Counted from the stretch's first letter, positions 8,832 through 20,500 are shown. The stretch: DNA of 27,575 nt from Halocafeteria seosinensis (GCA_001687465.1 LVLI01000050.1:62001-89575), one strand, 5' to 3'. Translations and numbers: made by a program. Notes: generated by a model from the letters alone, not told the origin.

Positions 8832-11800
8832 ATGAGGAGATCCCGTCGGAAATGTCACCGGGAAGCGGTCGCATGGAGCATCGGGATCCCGATTCTCTTT
8901 ATTATGCTGTCAGTGGACGCCATTGATTTACGAGGCGATATCATCGCGGGCACTTCGGATGATCCCCGTGGAGGCTCCGGCGGTGGCATAGGGTGGTCTT
9001 GTCTGCAGTATGATGGTGAAGAGGGCCGGTTCTGGCTGAAATGTGACTTGACTTCCTGGGAAAATAACGACTGGATCACACTTCATGCCAAAGAAGTGTT
9101 TGACGGCAGCCATTTCACGATCGATTTGTCCGGGACCGGTGGTAGTTTTGAAGGACTGTTTGCTGTGAAAACTGAAAATGATGACCAGGAGGGTAGTGAA
9201 GGCAAGGTGGAACGATTTGAGCAAGCACCTATTATCCGAAATCTCCGGACGATTAACGGCGAGACTTCCGACAGAGGAGGGTTTATTGTGCGCCCTGACC
9301 AGAAGTTCTTTGTCGTCGAATCATGTAGCTCCTCAGGGAAGATAAAGGGAGGAGGCATCTGTGGTGCAAATTGTGGAGCCAATCGTGGGAGAATCAAAAT
9401 CTGGAATTCGACTTCCAGTGGCCGGATTGACGAGAAAAGTGCTGGAGGTATCACAGGAGAGCGTACCGGGTACAATAAGGGCGTTGCCGATATCGTCGAC
9501 TGTTATTCCAGTGGAGATATTGATGAAGAAGACGCAGGTGGGATCTGTGGCAAATTGGCCGGTGGCTTGGAAGGCAAAGTTTCCATTACGGGCTGCCATT
9601 CTGATGGTGCAATACAGGGATACGAAAGTGGCGGTATTGTTGGAGGAGATGCTGCATTGGATTGGGGCCACGTGCGTATTCAAGGGTGCTACTCCACCGG
9701 TGGAATTGCAGGAGTTAATAGTGGCGGAATTACAGGAGGTGATGCAGGGCAAGGTGATGGAGAAGTTAGAGTGGCTCTGTGTTACAGTACCGGCGTGATA
9801 AGTGGAAAATACGCAGGTGGTATATGCGGATCGCAAAGATATGCACTGGACATGGTAGATAACATAAGGGTCAGTGGTGGAGGTTCGGTATATATAACGC
9901 AGTCATACTCAACAGGTGAAATCACAGCAGAAGGAAGCGGAGGAATCGTCGGTGGAGCTGCTGGGTCGGATGGAAGTCTTCTGGAAATTGAGGGATGCTA
10001 TTCTGAGGGGAGTATAAGCGGACGCTATAGTGGAGGAATCGTTGGCTTCGATGCCGGCAGAAACGGTGGAGAAGTTCGTATTACAAACTGCTACACCACA
10101 GGAGATGTAAATGGCTTGGAATCTGGTGGTATCTGTGGAGTTATTTTGGAGGGCATTGTCATTGTCACCAACGTGTTTTCTTCGGGTCCCGTTTCTGGAA
10201 CTAATGCTGGTAGCATCATAGGAAGTATTTGGTCTACGTCGCTACTAGTTGAAGTAAAATACTCTGTGTATAACGATCGTGATTTTGGCAGTCTGGTTGG
10301 TGTCGGTACCGACTTTGTGACTGTCGACGGGAACTCTGACGATTTGGGAGATATTGCAGGACGGCTGTATCACTATTATTACAATGGGATGCTGCAGCAA
10401 TGGTCTGATGCTGTATGGGCTACAAATGGTCCAGAAGCACTTCCTATATTGCGTTTTCAGCTTCCAACATCCACTGCGACATCAACTGCCTCAAGCAGCT
10501 CATCTCCTAGCTCTACTCCTACCCCTACTGCGACAGCTACCCAAACCGGAATCGCTGTGTCGAAAAGTTCACAATCTCCAGTCCCAACAGAGACTCCTAA
10601 CCTTGCAATAACTCCGACAGGATCTGCTACGGGTAGGGCTACCCGGACGAAGGCTAATATTCCAACGACTACTCTCAGCCCAACCTCACTCAGGACCATG
10701 ACTCCTACAGCTACAGGTGATCATAGTTATAGCCCAACGGAAACGAGTATAAGGGTGGAAGTCCCAACTTCCACGTCGACAGTTATTGAAACAACTACTT
10801 GTAGCCGAACTCCTACGCATACCCCAAGTGACACATCTACACGGACTGATACTATAACAGTTTTATGGACCTCAACCTCAACACCGAGCAACACTCCAAC
10901 GAGTACGAGATTGCCAAATGGGATCTGGAGCTCACCTAGTAGAATGCCTACAACTAGTTTTAGTTCAGCGACATCGTGTGCTTCGTCCGTTTTGACAACT
11001 ATTCGGCGGACTCCTCAGTCTACTGGAAGCAGCTCGTTTTCGCCGGTACAATCACGCTATACCATGTCGCCGACGGCGAGGGTGAAATGGTCTCCAACGT
11101 TTTCTGCTACGCAGTCTTCTGCACACTCCCCAATTATTCCAAATTCGGCGACTACGGTGCCAACACCTCCTGGAGACCTGAAAGGGGCGCCACCCACTAC
11201 CATAGACTCGAGTTCTACTCCACTGAATGGCAACGAGTCAGATGCAGTATCATCGCGTGCAATGCGGAACACGCCAGATGTGTTATCCTTTGCTCTTCGT
11301 ACTCTGCTTCCGTCTGTAGTGGGTGCGCTTCTTCTGATAGTTACAGTCTATCTCGCCTACCGACGAAAGCAAAATGAAACTGCGGTAAAGGTGTGCAGTG
11401 ATCCGCGATCCATGTATGCAACGCAACTAGGAATTCCCTTGGAAAGTCTAAAGCTTCTTTCAAATTTGAACAGCAGCTCGGACGCCATATCGCACGCCTC
11501 CATCGCATCTTCGGGACAACTCACTCCAGGCCAGATGGAGAAATTTCCAATGGGAGCTTCGTGGAATCCGGAGACATCCGAGATACTTTCAAAAGACACT
11601 TTTGGAAGCAGAGGTATGGTCCACCTTAATCCCCTTGCTTCGAATGCCCGGCTAGCGGGGCAGCTAAAGTGCAATGCTCAGAAACATGACGTTTTGGATA
11701 AATTCTTGTTAAAATCGAAGAAGATTGGGCGGATAGACATCATCCCGTGTACCCTTTCCCGTGTTCACTCGGAGCCAGGCAGTACACACATGTCAGTTAA

Positions 11801-12317
11801 CACTACGGTTGAACGTGGTTCACAAGAAATGCCAGGAATTATTCTTGTTGATACCAGATCGTACGTATCAACCCCTTCAAAACCAATCCGTATCGTGTCC
11901 GTGGAAGCCCCGTCTCTTGTGCATGTAAGGAAGAATAGAAGTGGGAATGCGGTCATGCAGGTTGCTGTCGCCGCCCATCTTGATACAGTCCAGTTAAAAC
12001 GCATAGATCGAATTCGACTGAAACTGCGCCATTGGAAAGCCAAACTACTGGCGGAACCTCCCCCGTTGGTGCAGATTGAGACCGAATTCGGCGGCGATTC
12101 AGATACGCTGGACAAGTATGAGCAGTCGCCTTTGTTCAAGCATAAACTTCGTAGTTTGGACTCTCTAAGTGCCGATTTCGAGTCCCACGGACTTGCCTTA
12201 GAGAAGAAAGAGCATCATCATATTGTCCAGATGCGTGGGGAAGAAGATCCTCCAAAGAAGAAATTTGCACCAAGGGCACCCAGGATCAGGCGCACCACAC
12301 CTAATCTTCCGAGATGA
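8832..12317 (+). CDS. Array gene 3: GLUG-like repeat / mucin-stalk single-pass membrane protein
   Basis: First in-frame ATG is at 8832 (the track uses TTG 8817). The leader AVAWSIGIPILFIMLSVDA precedes IDLRG. There are ~10 GGIxG repeats and the cap WSDAVWATNGPEALPILRFQ. The TM is LLPSVVGALLLIVTVYLAY + RRK, and the tail contains LKLRHWKAKLLAEPPPLVQIE. Confidence 0.92.
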   Translation: MRRSRRKCHREAVAWSIGIPILFIMLSVDAIDLRGDIIAGTSDDPRGGSGGGIGWSCLQYDGEEGRFWLKCDLTSWENNDWITLHAKEVFDGSHFTIDLSGTGGSFEGLFAVKTENDDQEGSEGKVERFEQAPIIRNLRTINGETSDRGGFIVRPDQKFFVVESCSSSGKIKGGGICGANCGANRGRIKIWNSTSSGRIDEKSAGGITGERTGYNKGVADIVDCYSSGDIDEEDAGGICGKLAGGLEGKVSITGCHSDGAIQGYESGGIVGGDAALDWGHVRIQGCYSTGGIAGVNSGGITGGDAGQGDGEVRVALCYSTGVISGKYAGGICGSQRYALDMVDNIRVSGGGSVYITQSYSTGEITAEGSGGIVGGAAGSDGSLLEIEGCYSEGSISGRYSGGIVGFDAGRNGGEVRITNCYTTGDVNGLESGGICGVILEGIVIVTNVFSSGPVSGTNAGSIIGSIWSTSLLVEVKYSVYNDRDFGSLVGVGTDFVTVDGNSDDLGDIAGRLYHYYYNGMLQQWSDAVWATNGPEALPILRFQLPTSTATSTASSSSSPSSTPTPTATATQTGIAVSKSSQSPVPTETPNLAITPTGSATGRATRTKANIPTTTLSPTSLRTMTPTATGDHSYSPTETSIRVEVPTSTSTVIETTTCSRTPTHTPSDTSTRTDTITVLWTSTSTPSNTPTSTRLPNGIWSSPSRMPTTSFSSATSCASSVLTTIRRTPQSTGSSSFSPVQSRYTMSPTARVKWSPTFSATQSSAHSPIIPNSATTVPTPPGDLKGAPPTTIDSSSTPLNGNESDAVSSRAMRNTPDVLSFALRTLLPSVVGALLLIVTVYLAYRRKQNETAVKVCSDPRSMYATQLGIPLESLKLLSNLNSSSDAISHASIASSGQLTPGQMEKFPMGASWNPETSEILSKDTFGSRGMVHLNPLASNARLAGQLKCNAQKHDVLDKFLLKSKKIGRIDIIPCTLSRVHSEPGSTHMSVNTTVERGSQEMPGIILVDTRSYVSTPSKPIRIVSVEAPSLVHVRKNRSGNAVMQVAVAAHLDTVQLKRIDRIRLKLRHWKAKLLAEPPPLVQIETEFGGDSDTLDKYEQSPLFKHKLRSLDSLSADFESHGLALEKKEHHHIVQMRGEEDPPKKKFAPRAPRIRRTTPNLPR

Positions 12318-13020
12318 GTCCGTCTTGTTTAGTAAATGTGCCCGAGTGCTTGTACGGGTACGGACATGAAAATGAGGCTTGAAGCAGTTTCATTTTCTTT
12401 TCGTAATCGTTGAAAGCGGATCTAAGCACCTTGCTCCTTCGGGCGATGCTCTGCTAACAACTAGAAAGGTCTCACAAGAGGAACTGCTCACTGGAGGAAC
12501 TCATTCAGTAAGATTGGTGTAAACGAGGCACCTTTTACAGCATGTAGGCGATACATTATGTGCTTGCTTTAACAAGATCTTGCGCTGCAGCCAGTCACCT
12601 GCCTTCCTGCGACCAAGTCAAGTAGCCGTTGGCTTCGCGTCACGAGCTTCATTCACTGCAGTGTATTCAATTTTTCCTCAACCTAAATACATTCCTTTCA
12701 CCAAAAACCCTCTCCGTCTTTCTTTAATTCCCTTCCTTGACGACCCTATCTCCATCATCGTAGGACTACACACATTAGACGGTTCTGCACGGAATGCGAG
12801 GATCCGTATCCCCGATTCCATCCCAAGTTGAAGTTCCAGTGTAATATACTACCATACTATAAGAAAGAAAAGGAATTGTTGGTGCCTTTGGGAATTGGTA
12901 TTGGTTTGAGTCGACGAATCCAACCACAACTTACTGGGATCCGTGCAGCAGAACGAGCCACGTTTTCTCGGAGAACTCATACAACCACATATTCACTACT
13001 GGTATACTGTATTGTTGTAA

Positions 13021-16000
13021 ATGGTATACCAAGCTCCATTCCCTTCCTTCTCTCCCTGTTTAATAAGGGCGTCCAAACAAAAAAGAAAGACTGCACGCAT
13101 GCCCGTCATTGTACCCATTGGTTTGGTGGTGGCTATGGCGGTCACCACCACCACCACAATGACGATGATGATAATGACAACGGAAGTGGCAGCCGGAATT
13201 GATTTACGAGGCTCGATTACTGGTGGTACAGACGATCAGAATAAGCCCCCTTGCATAGACTATGACAGTCAGAATAGATATTTTGAGCTGACATGTGATA
13301 TAGGATGGAAAGACTCAAACTATGGAAACGACAATTTCATTACGCTGTACGAGAATGAAGTCTTTGACGGCAACCATTACACCATCAACCTGACGGGGTT
13401 TAACGAGTTTCAGGGATTGTTTGAATTCCAAAATGAGCCCAAACATGGCCGAAGTGGAGATATTCCATCGTTTATGCTAGCGCCAGTCATCCGTAATCTG
13501 CATGTCCGGAATGGCGCGACTTCCACATCGGGAGGCTTCATTGTGCGCACACAGCAGAAGTTTTTCATTGTTGAATCGTGTAGCTCTTCTGGGATAATCA
13601 AAGGAGGTGGAATCTGTGGAGACTATAGTGGGCTCAACGGAGGCCAAATCAAGATTACGAATTCCTCTTCCACCGGAGAAGTGAGTGGTGAAGGTGCCGG
13701 TGGTATAGCAGGAAAGCACGTGGGCCACAACGGAGGGACTGTCAACATTACTGATTGCTACTCGACTGGCAACATGGAAATTGACGCCGGTGGTATTTGT
13801 GGAAAGTTCGCTGGAGACGTGAAAGGTCAGATATTCATCACCAATTGCCACTCTGAGGGACATATGCAAGGAGACGGAAGTGGTGGAATCGGAGGGGCGA
13901 AGGCCGCATTCAACGAGAGCAGGTTGGTGGTCGGGGAATGCTCTTCCACAGGAGAAATTGTGGGAAGGGGAAGCGGTGGCATTATAGGAATTGATGCAGC
14001 GCAAGTTGGCGGCATACTACGAATCACTATGTCTCATAGCATGGGAAAGGTATATGGACAGAATGCTGGAGGACTGTGTGGCTCCTTTCCGTATGAAGGA
14101 ACAGTAGAAGGAGGAACTCTCCATATTTTCCAGTCATACTCCAGCGGGGAAATCCATGGATCCCTCAGTGGTGGTATTCTCGGTGAAAAGGGGGGTGCGC
14201 GTGGAATTGCAACGATAATAGAGTGCTATTCCACAGGAAATATTACTGGCTATAAGAGCGGCGGAATTGTTGGTGGCAATGCTGGGGATCCACTGGGCCA
14301 AGTATGTATTAGAAATTGCTATACTCGTGGAAACATAGAGGGAGAAAAATCTGGAGGAATATGTGGAGCACTTCTTGGTGGGACTGTATCCATTTCCCAC
14401 TCATACGCTTCCGGAATTGTTTCAGGAAGTAACGCTGGTGGACTGGTGGGGTATATGCGCCCATCGGACGCAGATTACAAAGGGGGTGGTTTCGTCGGAT
14501 ACTCTGTGTATAACAGCGAGTCCCATCCGGTGATAGCTCACAAACACGGGTCCGTTTCCGACGTCTTCAACTCCGGCGAAATTGATGACATTACGGGAAA
14601 ACTCTACAAGGTCAATGATGAACAATGGTGTGATAGCATCTGGGCAGTAGAAGCAGATGGGCTCCCTGTCTTAAGGTTTCAACTCCCTGCACCCACCCCG
14701 AGAGCTTCGTTTACACCCTCAGCCACAATGTCGCGCACATCCACCCGAACAGCAACAAAGACGAGAACGTTTACGCTGTCGAAATCGCCAGCCACTACAC
14801 CCACCAGAAGTACAACCGCCAGACTCACAGGTACTCCTACATGCACTATGTCGGAATCTACCACCTCTACTGCCTCCATTATTCCAGACGTATCTACTAG
14901 TGGCAGTGCTACTAGTTCCCCTAGCAATACTCGCAGAGTCATTCCAACCGTTACGTCTTCCCCTAGTGGGACTGTCACTGCTGTCAGGGCTCCAAAAGAA
15001 ACATCGACGGCCACTTCTACGGGTATTATCCCCCATAGCAATACTCGCAGTGTCATTTCTACGGCCACATCGCCTCCTAGTTCAATCCCAGACGAGACAC
15101 CGAATAACCGTGCCACGGTTACTAGTGCCCTTCCCAACACTCGTACAGCCATTTCTACTGCCACATCGTCTCCTAGTGGAATCTACCGGATCAACTTAAC
15201 TCCGACATTGACGACCAGTGCCACCAAGACACCTATCCTAACAACAACTTCGTCAGTAATTGCAACTATACCGACCGGATCACCAGCAGCTACGAAATGC
15301 CTCGATAGGAGTTCCGAATCCCCCGGTGCAAGCAGATGGCCTTCGTTAGGCCCTGGTGTCACCCACAGCTGTGTTTATACTAAAGCATCTGATGCTACAG
15401 CGCCAAGCAGCAGTCTCGCAGAATTAACTGGAACACATGTAACAGGAACAATGACTTTCTCCGTCCGGTCTACCTCCTTTATGTCGTCTGATTCGCCGAT
15501 GCCTACTTCTTCAGGAGCAGTCTTGGAGCAAGACAATAAATCGTCCAAACCAACAAAAAAGAGAGATAGTTTTTCCTCATCTGCTCAAGTATATGTGCCC
15601 AGTGCATTGGCAGGCAGTATACTACTGCTGCTAATTTACCTTGGGTATCAGCGGAGGAAAAACGAGAATGCAGCCAAAGCGTGCAACGATCCTAAATCAA
15701 GGTATGCGTCAAAGCTCGGAATCGATCCGCGATGTCTGAAAGTAATGTCGAGCATGAACGGAAATCCCGTTCTGCCAGAGCAAAAACCCATCGAACAAAA
15801 GAAAGGCACTTGGCTACACACTCAAACATGGGACCAAGACGAAGTTGCTGAATCTCCCATTTTAAGTGCGAACGTTCTCCACGAGACCCACAGTAGTTCT
15901 TTACGATCAACTGGAGATCGGAAGCAAGCCGAGCAACGCGAAATCAGCAATAAGACAGAGGCGATATCAGATAAATTTTCTTTGACAGTTGGAAAGGCTG

Positions 16001-16620
16001 AACGCAGAAGCATCAAGTCCCTCAGTATCTCTGACATGCATCCGACATTGGGGAGTATTGAAGAGTCAGTGGGTATCGGAAACGAAAATGTGCATGGAAA
16101 TGCTTCCAGGAACGGAAGTGAAATGCCGGCTGTTTTATGGCATTTCAGTGCTCGCTCAATGAGGTCTTTAGAAGCTGTTCGTATTGTCTCTGCGCATTCC
16201 CCGAAGATCACCCGCGGGGAGAAGAACTCCGCGATCCGGAAGTCAGACACTATGCATGTTGCAGTCGCAGCAAACGTTGATACGGGACAGTTGAGACTCC
16301 TTGATAGAGCATTCTTAAAGTTGCGCCAGTGGAAAGCCAGGCTTTTGGCCGAACCGCCTCCTTTGGTGCAGATTGGCATGCCGAGTGACTCCAAGAAACC
16401 CCTGTCGACGAATCCGCTGCTGGTTTCCTCCGGCTGTGCTCCAGTCAATTCATTCAGTGGCCATGCTAGTCCTCTAGAATTTGCAATATCCAAGCCCGTT
16501 GGTTTATCACGGGAAACACGAGAGCATCATCGCATTCAGTTGCGTCTGGAGGCCGATCCTCCTAGGACGCATTTTGCTCCAAAAGCTCCTAGAAGCAAGC
16601 CAGGCATACGACGTCGTTGA
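13021..16620 (+). CDS. Array gene 4: GLUG-like repeat / mucin-stalk single-pass membrane protein
   Basis: 1199-aa ORF with an alternative ATG at 13099 (MPVIVPIGLVVAMAV, signal-like). It has ~10 repeats and the cap WCDSIWAVEADGLPVLRFQ. The TM is VYVPSALAGSILLLLIYLGY + QRRK, and the tail contains LKLRQWKARLLAEPPPLVQI. Confidence 0.92.
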   Translation: MVYQAPFPSFSPCLIRASKQKRKTARMPVIVPIGLVVAMAVTTTTTMTMMIMTTEVAAGIDLRGSITGGTDDQNKPPCIDYDSQNRYFELTCDIGWKDSNYGNDNFITLYENEVFDGNHYTINLTGFNEFQGLFEFQNEPKHGRSGDIPSFMLAPVIRNLHVRNGATSTSGGFIVRTQQKFFIVESCSSSGIIKGGGICGDYSGLNGGQIKITNSSSTGEVSGEGAGGIAGKHVGHNGGTVNITDCYSTGNMEIDAGGICGKFAGDVKGQIFITNCHSEGHMQGDGSGGIGGAKAAFNESRLVVGECSSTGEIVGRGSGGIIGIDAAQVGGILRITMSHSMGKVYGQNAGGLCGSFPYEGTVEGGTLHIFQSYSSGEIHGSLSGGILGEKGGARGIATIIECYSTGNITGYKSGGIVGGNAGDPLGQVCIRNCYTRGNIEGEKSGGICGALLGGTVSISHSYASGIVSGSNAGGLVGYMRPSDADYKGGGFVGYSVYNSESHPVIAHKHGSVSDVFNSGEIDDITGKLYKVNDEQWCDSIWAVEADGLPVLRFQLPAPTPRASFTPSATMSRTSTRTATKTRTFTLSKSPATTPTRSTTARLTGTPTCTMSESTTSTASIIPDVSTSGSATSSPSNTRRVIPTVTSSPSGTVTAVRAPKETSTATSTGIIPHSNTRSVISTATSPPSSIPDETPNNRATVTSALPNTRTAISTATSSPSGIYRINLTPTLTTSATKTPILTTTSSVIATIPTGSPAATKCLDRSSESPGASRWPSLGPGVTHSCVYTKASDATAPSSSLAELTGTHVTGTMTFSVRSTSFMSSDSPMPTSSGAVLEQDNKSSKPTKKRDSFSSSAQVYVPSALAGSILLLLIYLGYQRRKNENAAKACNDPKSRYASKLGIDPRCLKVMSSMNGNPVLPEQKPIEQKKGTWLHTQTWDQDEVAESPILSANVLHETHSSSLRSTGDRKQAEQREISNKTEAISDKFSLTVGKAERRSIKSLSISDMHPTLGSIEESVGIGNENVHGNASRNGSEMPAVLWHFSARSMRSLEAVRIVSAHSPKITRGEKNSAIRKSDTMHVAVAANVDTGQLRLLDRAFLKLRQWKARLLAEPPPLVQIGMPSDSKKPLSTNPLLVSSGCAPVNSFSGHASPLEFAISKPVGLSRETREHHRIQLRLEADPPRTHFAPKAPRSKPGIRRR
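14915..15180 (+). repeat. Degenerate 16-aa stalk repeat in gene 4, three dispersed copies
   Basis: SNTRRVIPTVTSSPSG, SNTRSVISTATSPPSS and PNTRTAISTATSSPSG, with matching nucleotide sequence (AA(T/C)ACTCG...ATT...CCTAGT). Confidence 0.7.
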
Positions 16621-17561
16621 CAGGAATGCTTTGGCAGGACTTGCCCCGTACTCTTCGGTTTTTGCTCGGAAGGAGGCTTGCGCTGGACATGGCTTTCCGC
16701 ACCGATGCATGGAGCCGTTCTTCCTGGAGAAACATGCTAGACAGAAATACACATTGTGGAGAGGGCATGACGCTTTGGATAATGCTCGGATGTCTCATGT
16801 GGATAAAACGAGGAACCTAGTCTGCTTCCACGGTGTTTGCGAATTCACTGAGCCCGTAGTACGCCGCGTACGCGGTAGCTGAATGAACTCTTGCTCGGCA
16901 TACTGACCCTATAGTGCATGAACCCATACACCCTTTCTAAACCATCCCGTACATTGTACCAGGGAACGCGCTTTCTGATGCTTGCAATGCAAGCCTTGCA
17001 TTGTATGTTTCCTTCAAGCAGTCGCTATGCTAATGTTAGTCACGGATTGCCAAATCGCTTTCAACGAAGTTTATTGCAAGCATACATGTATACCTCAAAA
17101 CACCTGCAACGTGCCCAACATCTTGGGTAGCAACATATTGTCAAGGAAGTACAGGAACGGAACAACAGGGCGGAACAAAGTACTTGGGTGTTGATCACGC
17201 GGTACAACGCGGCCGGAGCACCTGCACACGGTGCCGGCCCGAAACACGATACTCCCCAACACAGTATACAGTAAAAGCGTTTCAATTCAACGATTTTGCA
17301 CTCGTTTCATGTGCATACGGAAGTAGAATTGTAGGCGCCAGGAAGTCTACTACATATCCATTGTGTCCTAGGTGCTGAGTACAAACTACGTGGCCCTTTT
17401 TTCGTTTATTCTTTCTGGCTTCAGAATTATTCGCTTTATCTCATAATTATTTTGAATAATAGATTAAAAGAAAAACGTATAGCACGAAGAACAGACACTG
17501 TTATGCTCTACAAACATCAGTATAGCATGGATGGGCTCTGTTTTTCGGAGAGGGAGCCCCA

Positions 17562-20500
17562 ATGCCAAGAGCAAAGGGGAGGAAACGACACACAGTGCCT
17601 TCAATACGGGGTACAAACACTCATTTTCCCCCTATATTAGAGCACATTGAATCGCTGTTAGTATTGGACAGTCAGACCAATCTAATGGACCCAACAAAAA
17701 GGGCTCAAATGCGTCGTAACTCGAATGAAACGGGGCTTTTTGATCGGTGCCTGCGGACCGCCCATATTGACCGAGTTCGAATCCTTACCTGGATAAGATT
17801 CGTATGTGTTGCCCTTCTGGTCAACGCCATTTCGGAAGTCGTGCATGCTAAAAATTGGGCGCCGGCAATCCGACGAGGGCAAGGACCGGAATGCTTCGAA
17901 TATGACGTCGACACGCGAGTCTTCTCATTGATATGTGATACGGAGTGGGAACGCGAAAATGATTACATAGAGCTTGAAGCTAAGGAGAGTTTTGACGGCA
18001 TGGACCATTGGATAGACTTAACGCATATAGACGGGTTTGATGGAATGTTCAGGGTAAGCAGAAACGTGGAGAGTTTCGAGAAAGCTCCAACAGTACGTAA
18101 TCTACACTTGATCGGTGGATCCACTGAGAACGGAGGTGGATTTATAGTTCAAGAAAAGCAGCACTACTTCATCGTGGACTCCTGCAGTACGACAGGTTCA
18201 ATTCTAGGAAGAGAATCGGGAGGTATATGTGGCGAGAGTTGTGGAAAGGATGGAAAAGTTACCATTGTGCGTTCATATTCCACCGGAGACATTCTTGGAG
18301 AGGAGGCAGGAGGCATAGTCGGAAGCAAAGCGGCGGAAAACCAAGGAACAGTGGAAATCTCTCAGTGCTACACATTGGGAGCAATTTCTGGTCGTTATAG
18401 CGGTGGAGTTGCAGGATACGACGCATCAGGAGAAGACGGGACTCTTACGATCCGTGATTGTTACACCCGGGGCCTCATCTCCGGTGAGCTTGCTGGTGGC
18501 ATCTGCGGAGGTTTTGACGACATGGAAGGAGGAACCCTCGAGATTAGGAATGTCTACTCGTCCGGAAGTATTGACTCTGAAGATGCCGGAGGAATATTAG
18601 GAGAGACGCCAGACGATGAGGACGATAATCAAGTTTCAGTATACTATTCTGTCTACAATGGAGGCGAATCTAAGAGAATGATTGGGAGAAAAGGAGAGCT
18701 GGAGCCCCATGTTGAGGGTATATCTGCGGAACTGGAAGTGATCTCAGGGAAGCTCTACTCTTATGACGGCGGACAGTGGTCCGAGATGGTATGGGCAGTT
18801 GGACGGGGTGACGAGGCACTTCCAATACTCCGGTTCCAGGAACCAACCCCAAGCCCGAGTCCTACAGCAACAGCCTCTTTCACCGCTTCACTGACGTCCA
18901 CAGTGACCTCCACTTCTACCCAAAGCGCGACTTCTACAAACACAGTCACCGCCAGTATGTCAGCAACTGCTACCTCAAGCTCCACCGTGACCATGACACC
19001 TACATTAAGTGGCACAGCGTCTCCTTTAAGTACCAGAAGCCCAACTAGTACGTCTAGCCCGAGTGTTTCCAAAACCGTTACCTCGTCCAGGACCGCAACG
19101 ACAAGCAGCTCTCCTACTATTTCGTCAACATTTACATGCAGTGCTAGTGTATCTCCTACTTCCAGTACTACGTCTCAAAGTACAACAAGCCCTACGTTAA
19201 CACCGACATCCTCATTTACCACCTCGTTGACGTCGACGACAACCTCGACCGGAACCTCTACGACTACAGTCACCGGTACAGCAAGCACGTCAGCAACTGC
19301 TACCTCAAGCTCCACCGTGACCATGACACCTACATTAAGTGGCACAGCGTCTCCTTTAAGTACCAGAAGCCCAACGAGTACGTCTAGCCCGAGTGTCTCC
19401 AACACCGGTACCTCGTCCAGGACCGCAACGACAAGCAACTCTCCTACTGTTTCGTCAACATTTACATGCAGTGCTAGTGCATCTCCTACTTCCAGTAATA
19501 CGTCTCAAAGTACAACAAGCCCTGCGTTAACACCGACATCCTCTTTTACCACCTCGTTGATGTCGACGACAACCTCGACCGGAACCTCTACGACTACAGT
19601 CACCGGTACAGCAAGCACGTCAGCAACTGCTACCTCAAGCTCCACCGCGACCATGACACCTACATTAAGTGGCACAGCGTATTTTTTAAGTACCAGAAGC
19701 CCAACGAGTACGTCTAGCCCGAGTGTTTCCAACACCGTTACCGCGTCTGTTTCTCCCTCTCCGACTGAAACAGCATCCAACTCGCACTCTGTCTCTGCAA
19801 CGTGCACCAGGAGCGAAAGTACATCGTCCACGTTGGGTCCCACGTCTCGTAAAAGCGTTGGTCCTACGGTGACATCGACACCCCCTTTTCCCTCCTCCCT
19901 GGCGTCGACGGCTGCGACTTTTGCAAACCCAGTCACCGCGAGTATGTCAGCAACTGCTATCCCAAGTTCCAGTGTGACAGTTTCGTGCATACAAAGTAAC
20001 ACAATACCTCCTCCAGGGACGCGAAGTTCAACCAGTACGACTAGTTCGCGTCTCGCGAGTATGTCAGCAACCGCAAGCTTTAGTTCCACCGTGACAATTT
20101 CGAGCATACAGATTGGCACAACGTCTCCTTTAGGACTGAAAACCCCAAGCCCAACCAGCACGACTAGTCTATGTGTTAGCAACACAACTGCCTCGTCCGT
20201 GACTCTCTTCCCAACAGCAGCGAAAACCAACTCCCATACGTTTCCGGCTACGTCGACAAGGAGCGGAAGTGACACAGTCTCCAGAACCCCCAGCCTGACA
20301 AACAGTGTGCTTCCTACTGGTACGGCGAAACATCTCAGTTTTTCCGCAACAGCGAGCACCAGTCCCACGTCCGCTGATGTCACTGCTGCTGCCGGGACAT
20401 ACTCTACGGTACCTTCAAACTCTACACCTACTCATAGTTCGACATGCAGCAGCTCTTCTTCAGCAATTGTCTCTGCGTTCTCTCCTGCCTCCTTTACCCC

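Noticed and set aside
16864..16875. Perfect 12-bp palindrome CCGCGTACGCGG
   Set aside because: It is isolated, and a few palindromes of this length are expected by chance in 27 kb.
17188..17246. GC-rich stem-loop followed by GAAAC, superficially hammerhead-like
   Set aside because: The CUGANGA core is not present at the required position before the stem, so this is just an imperfect hairpin.
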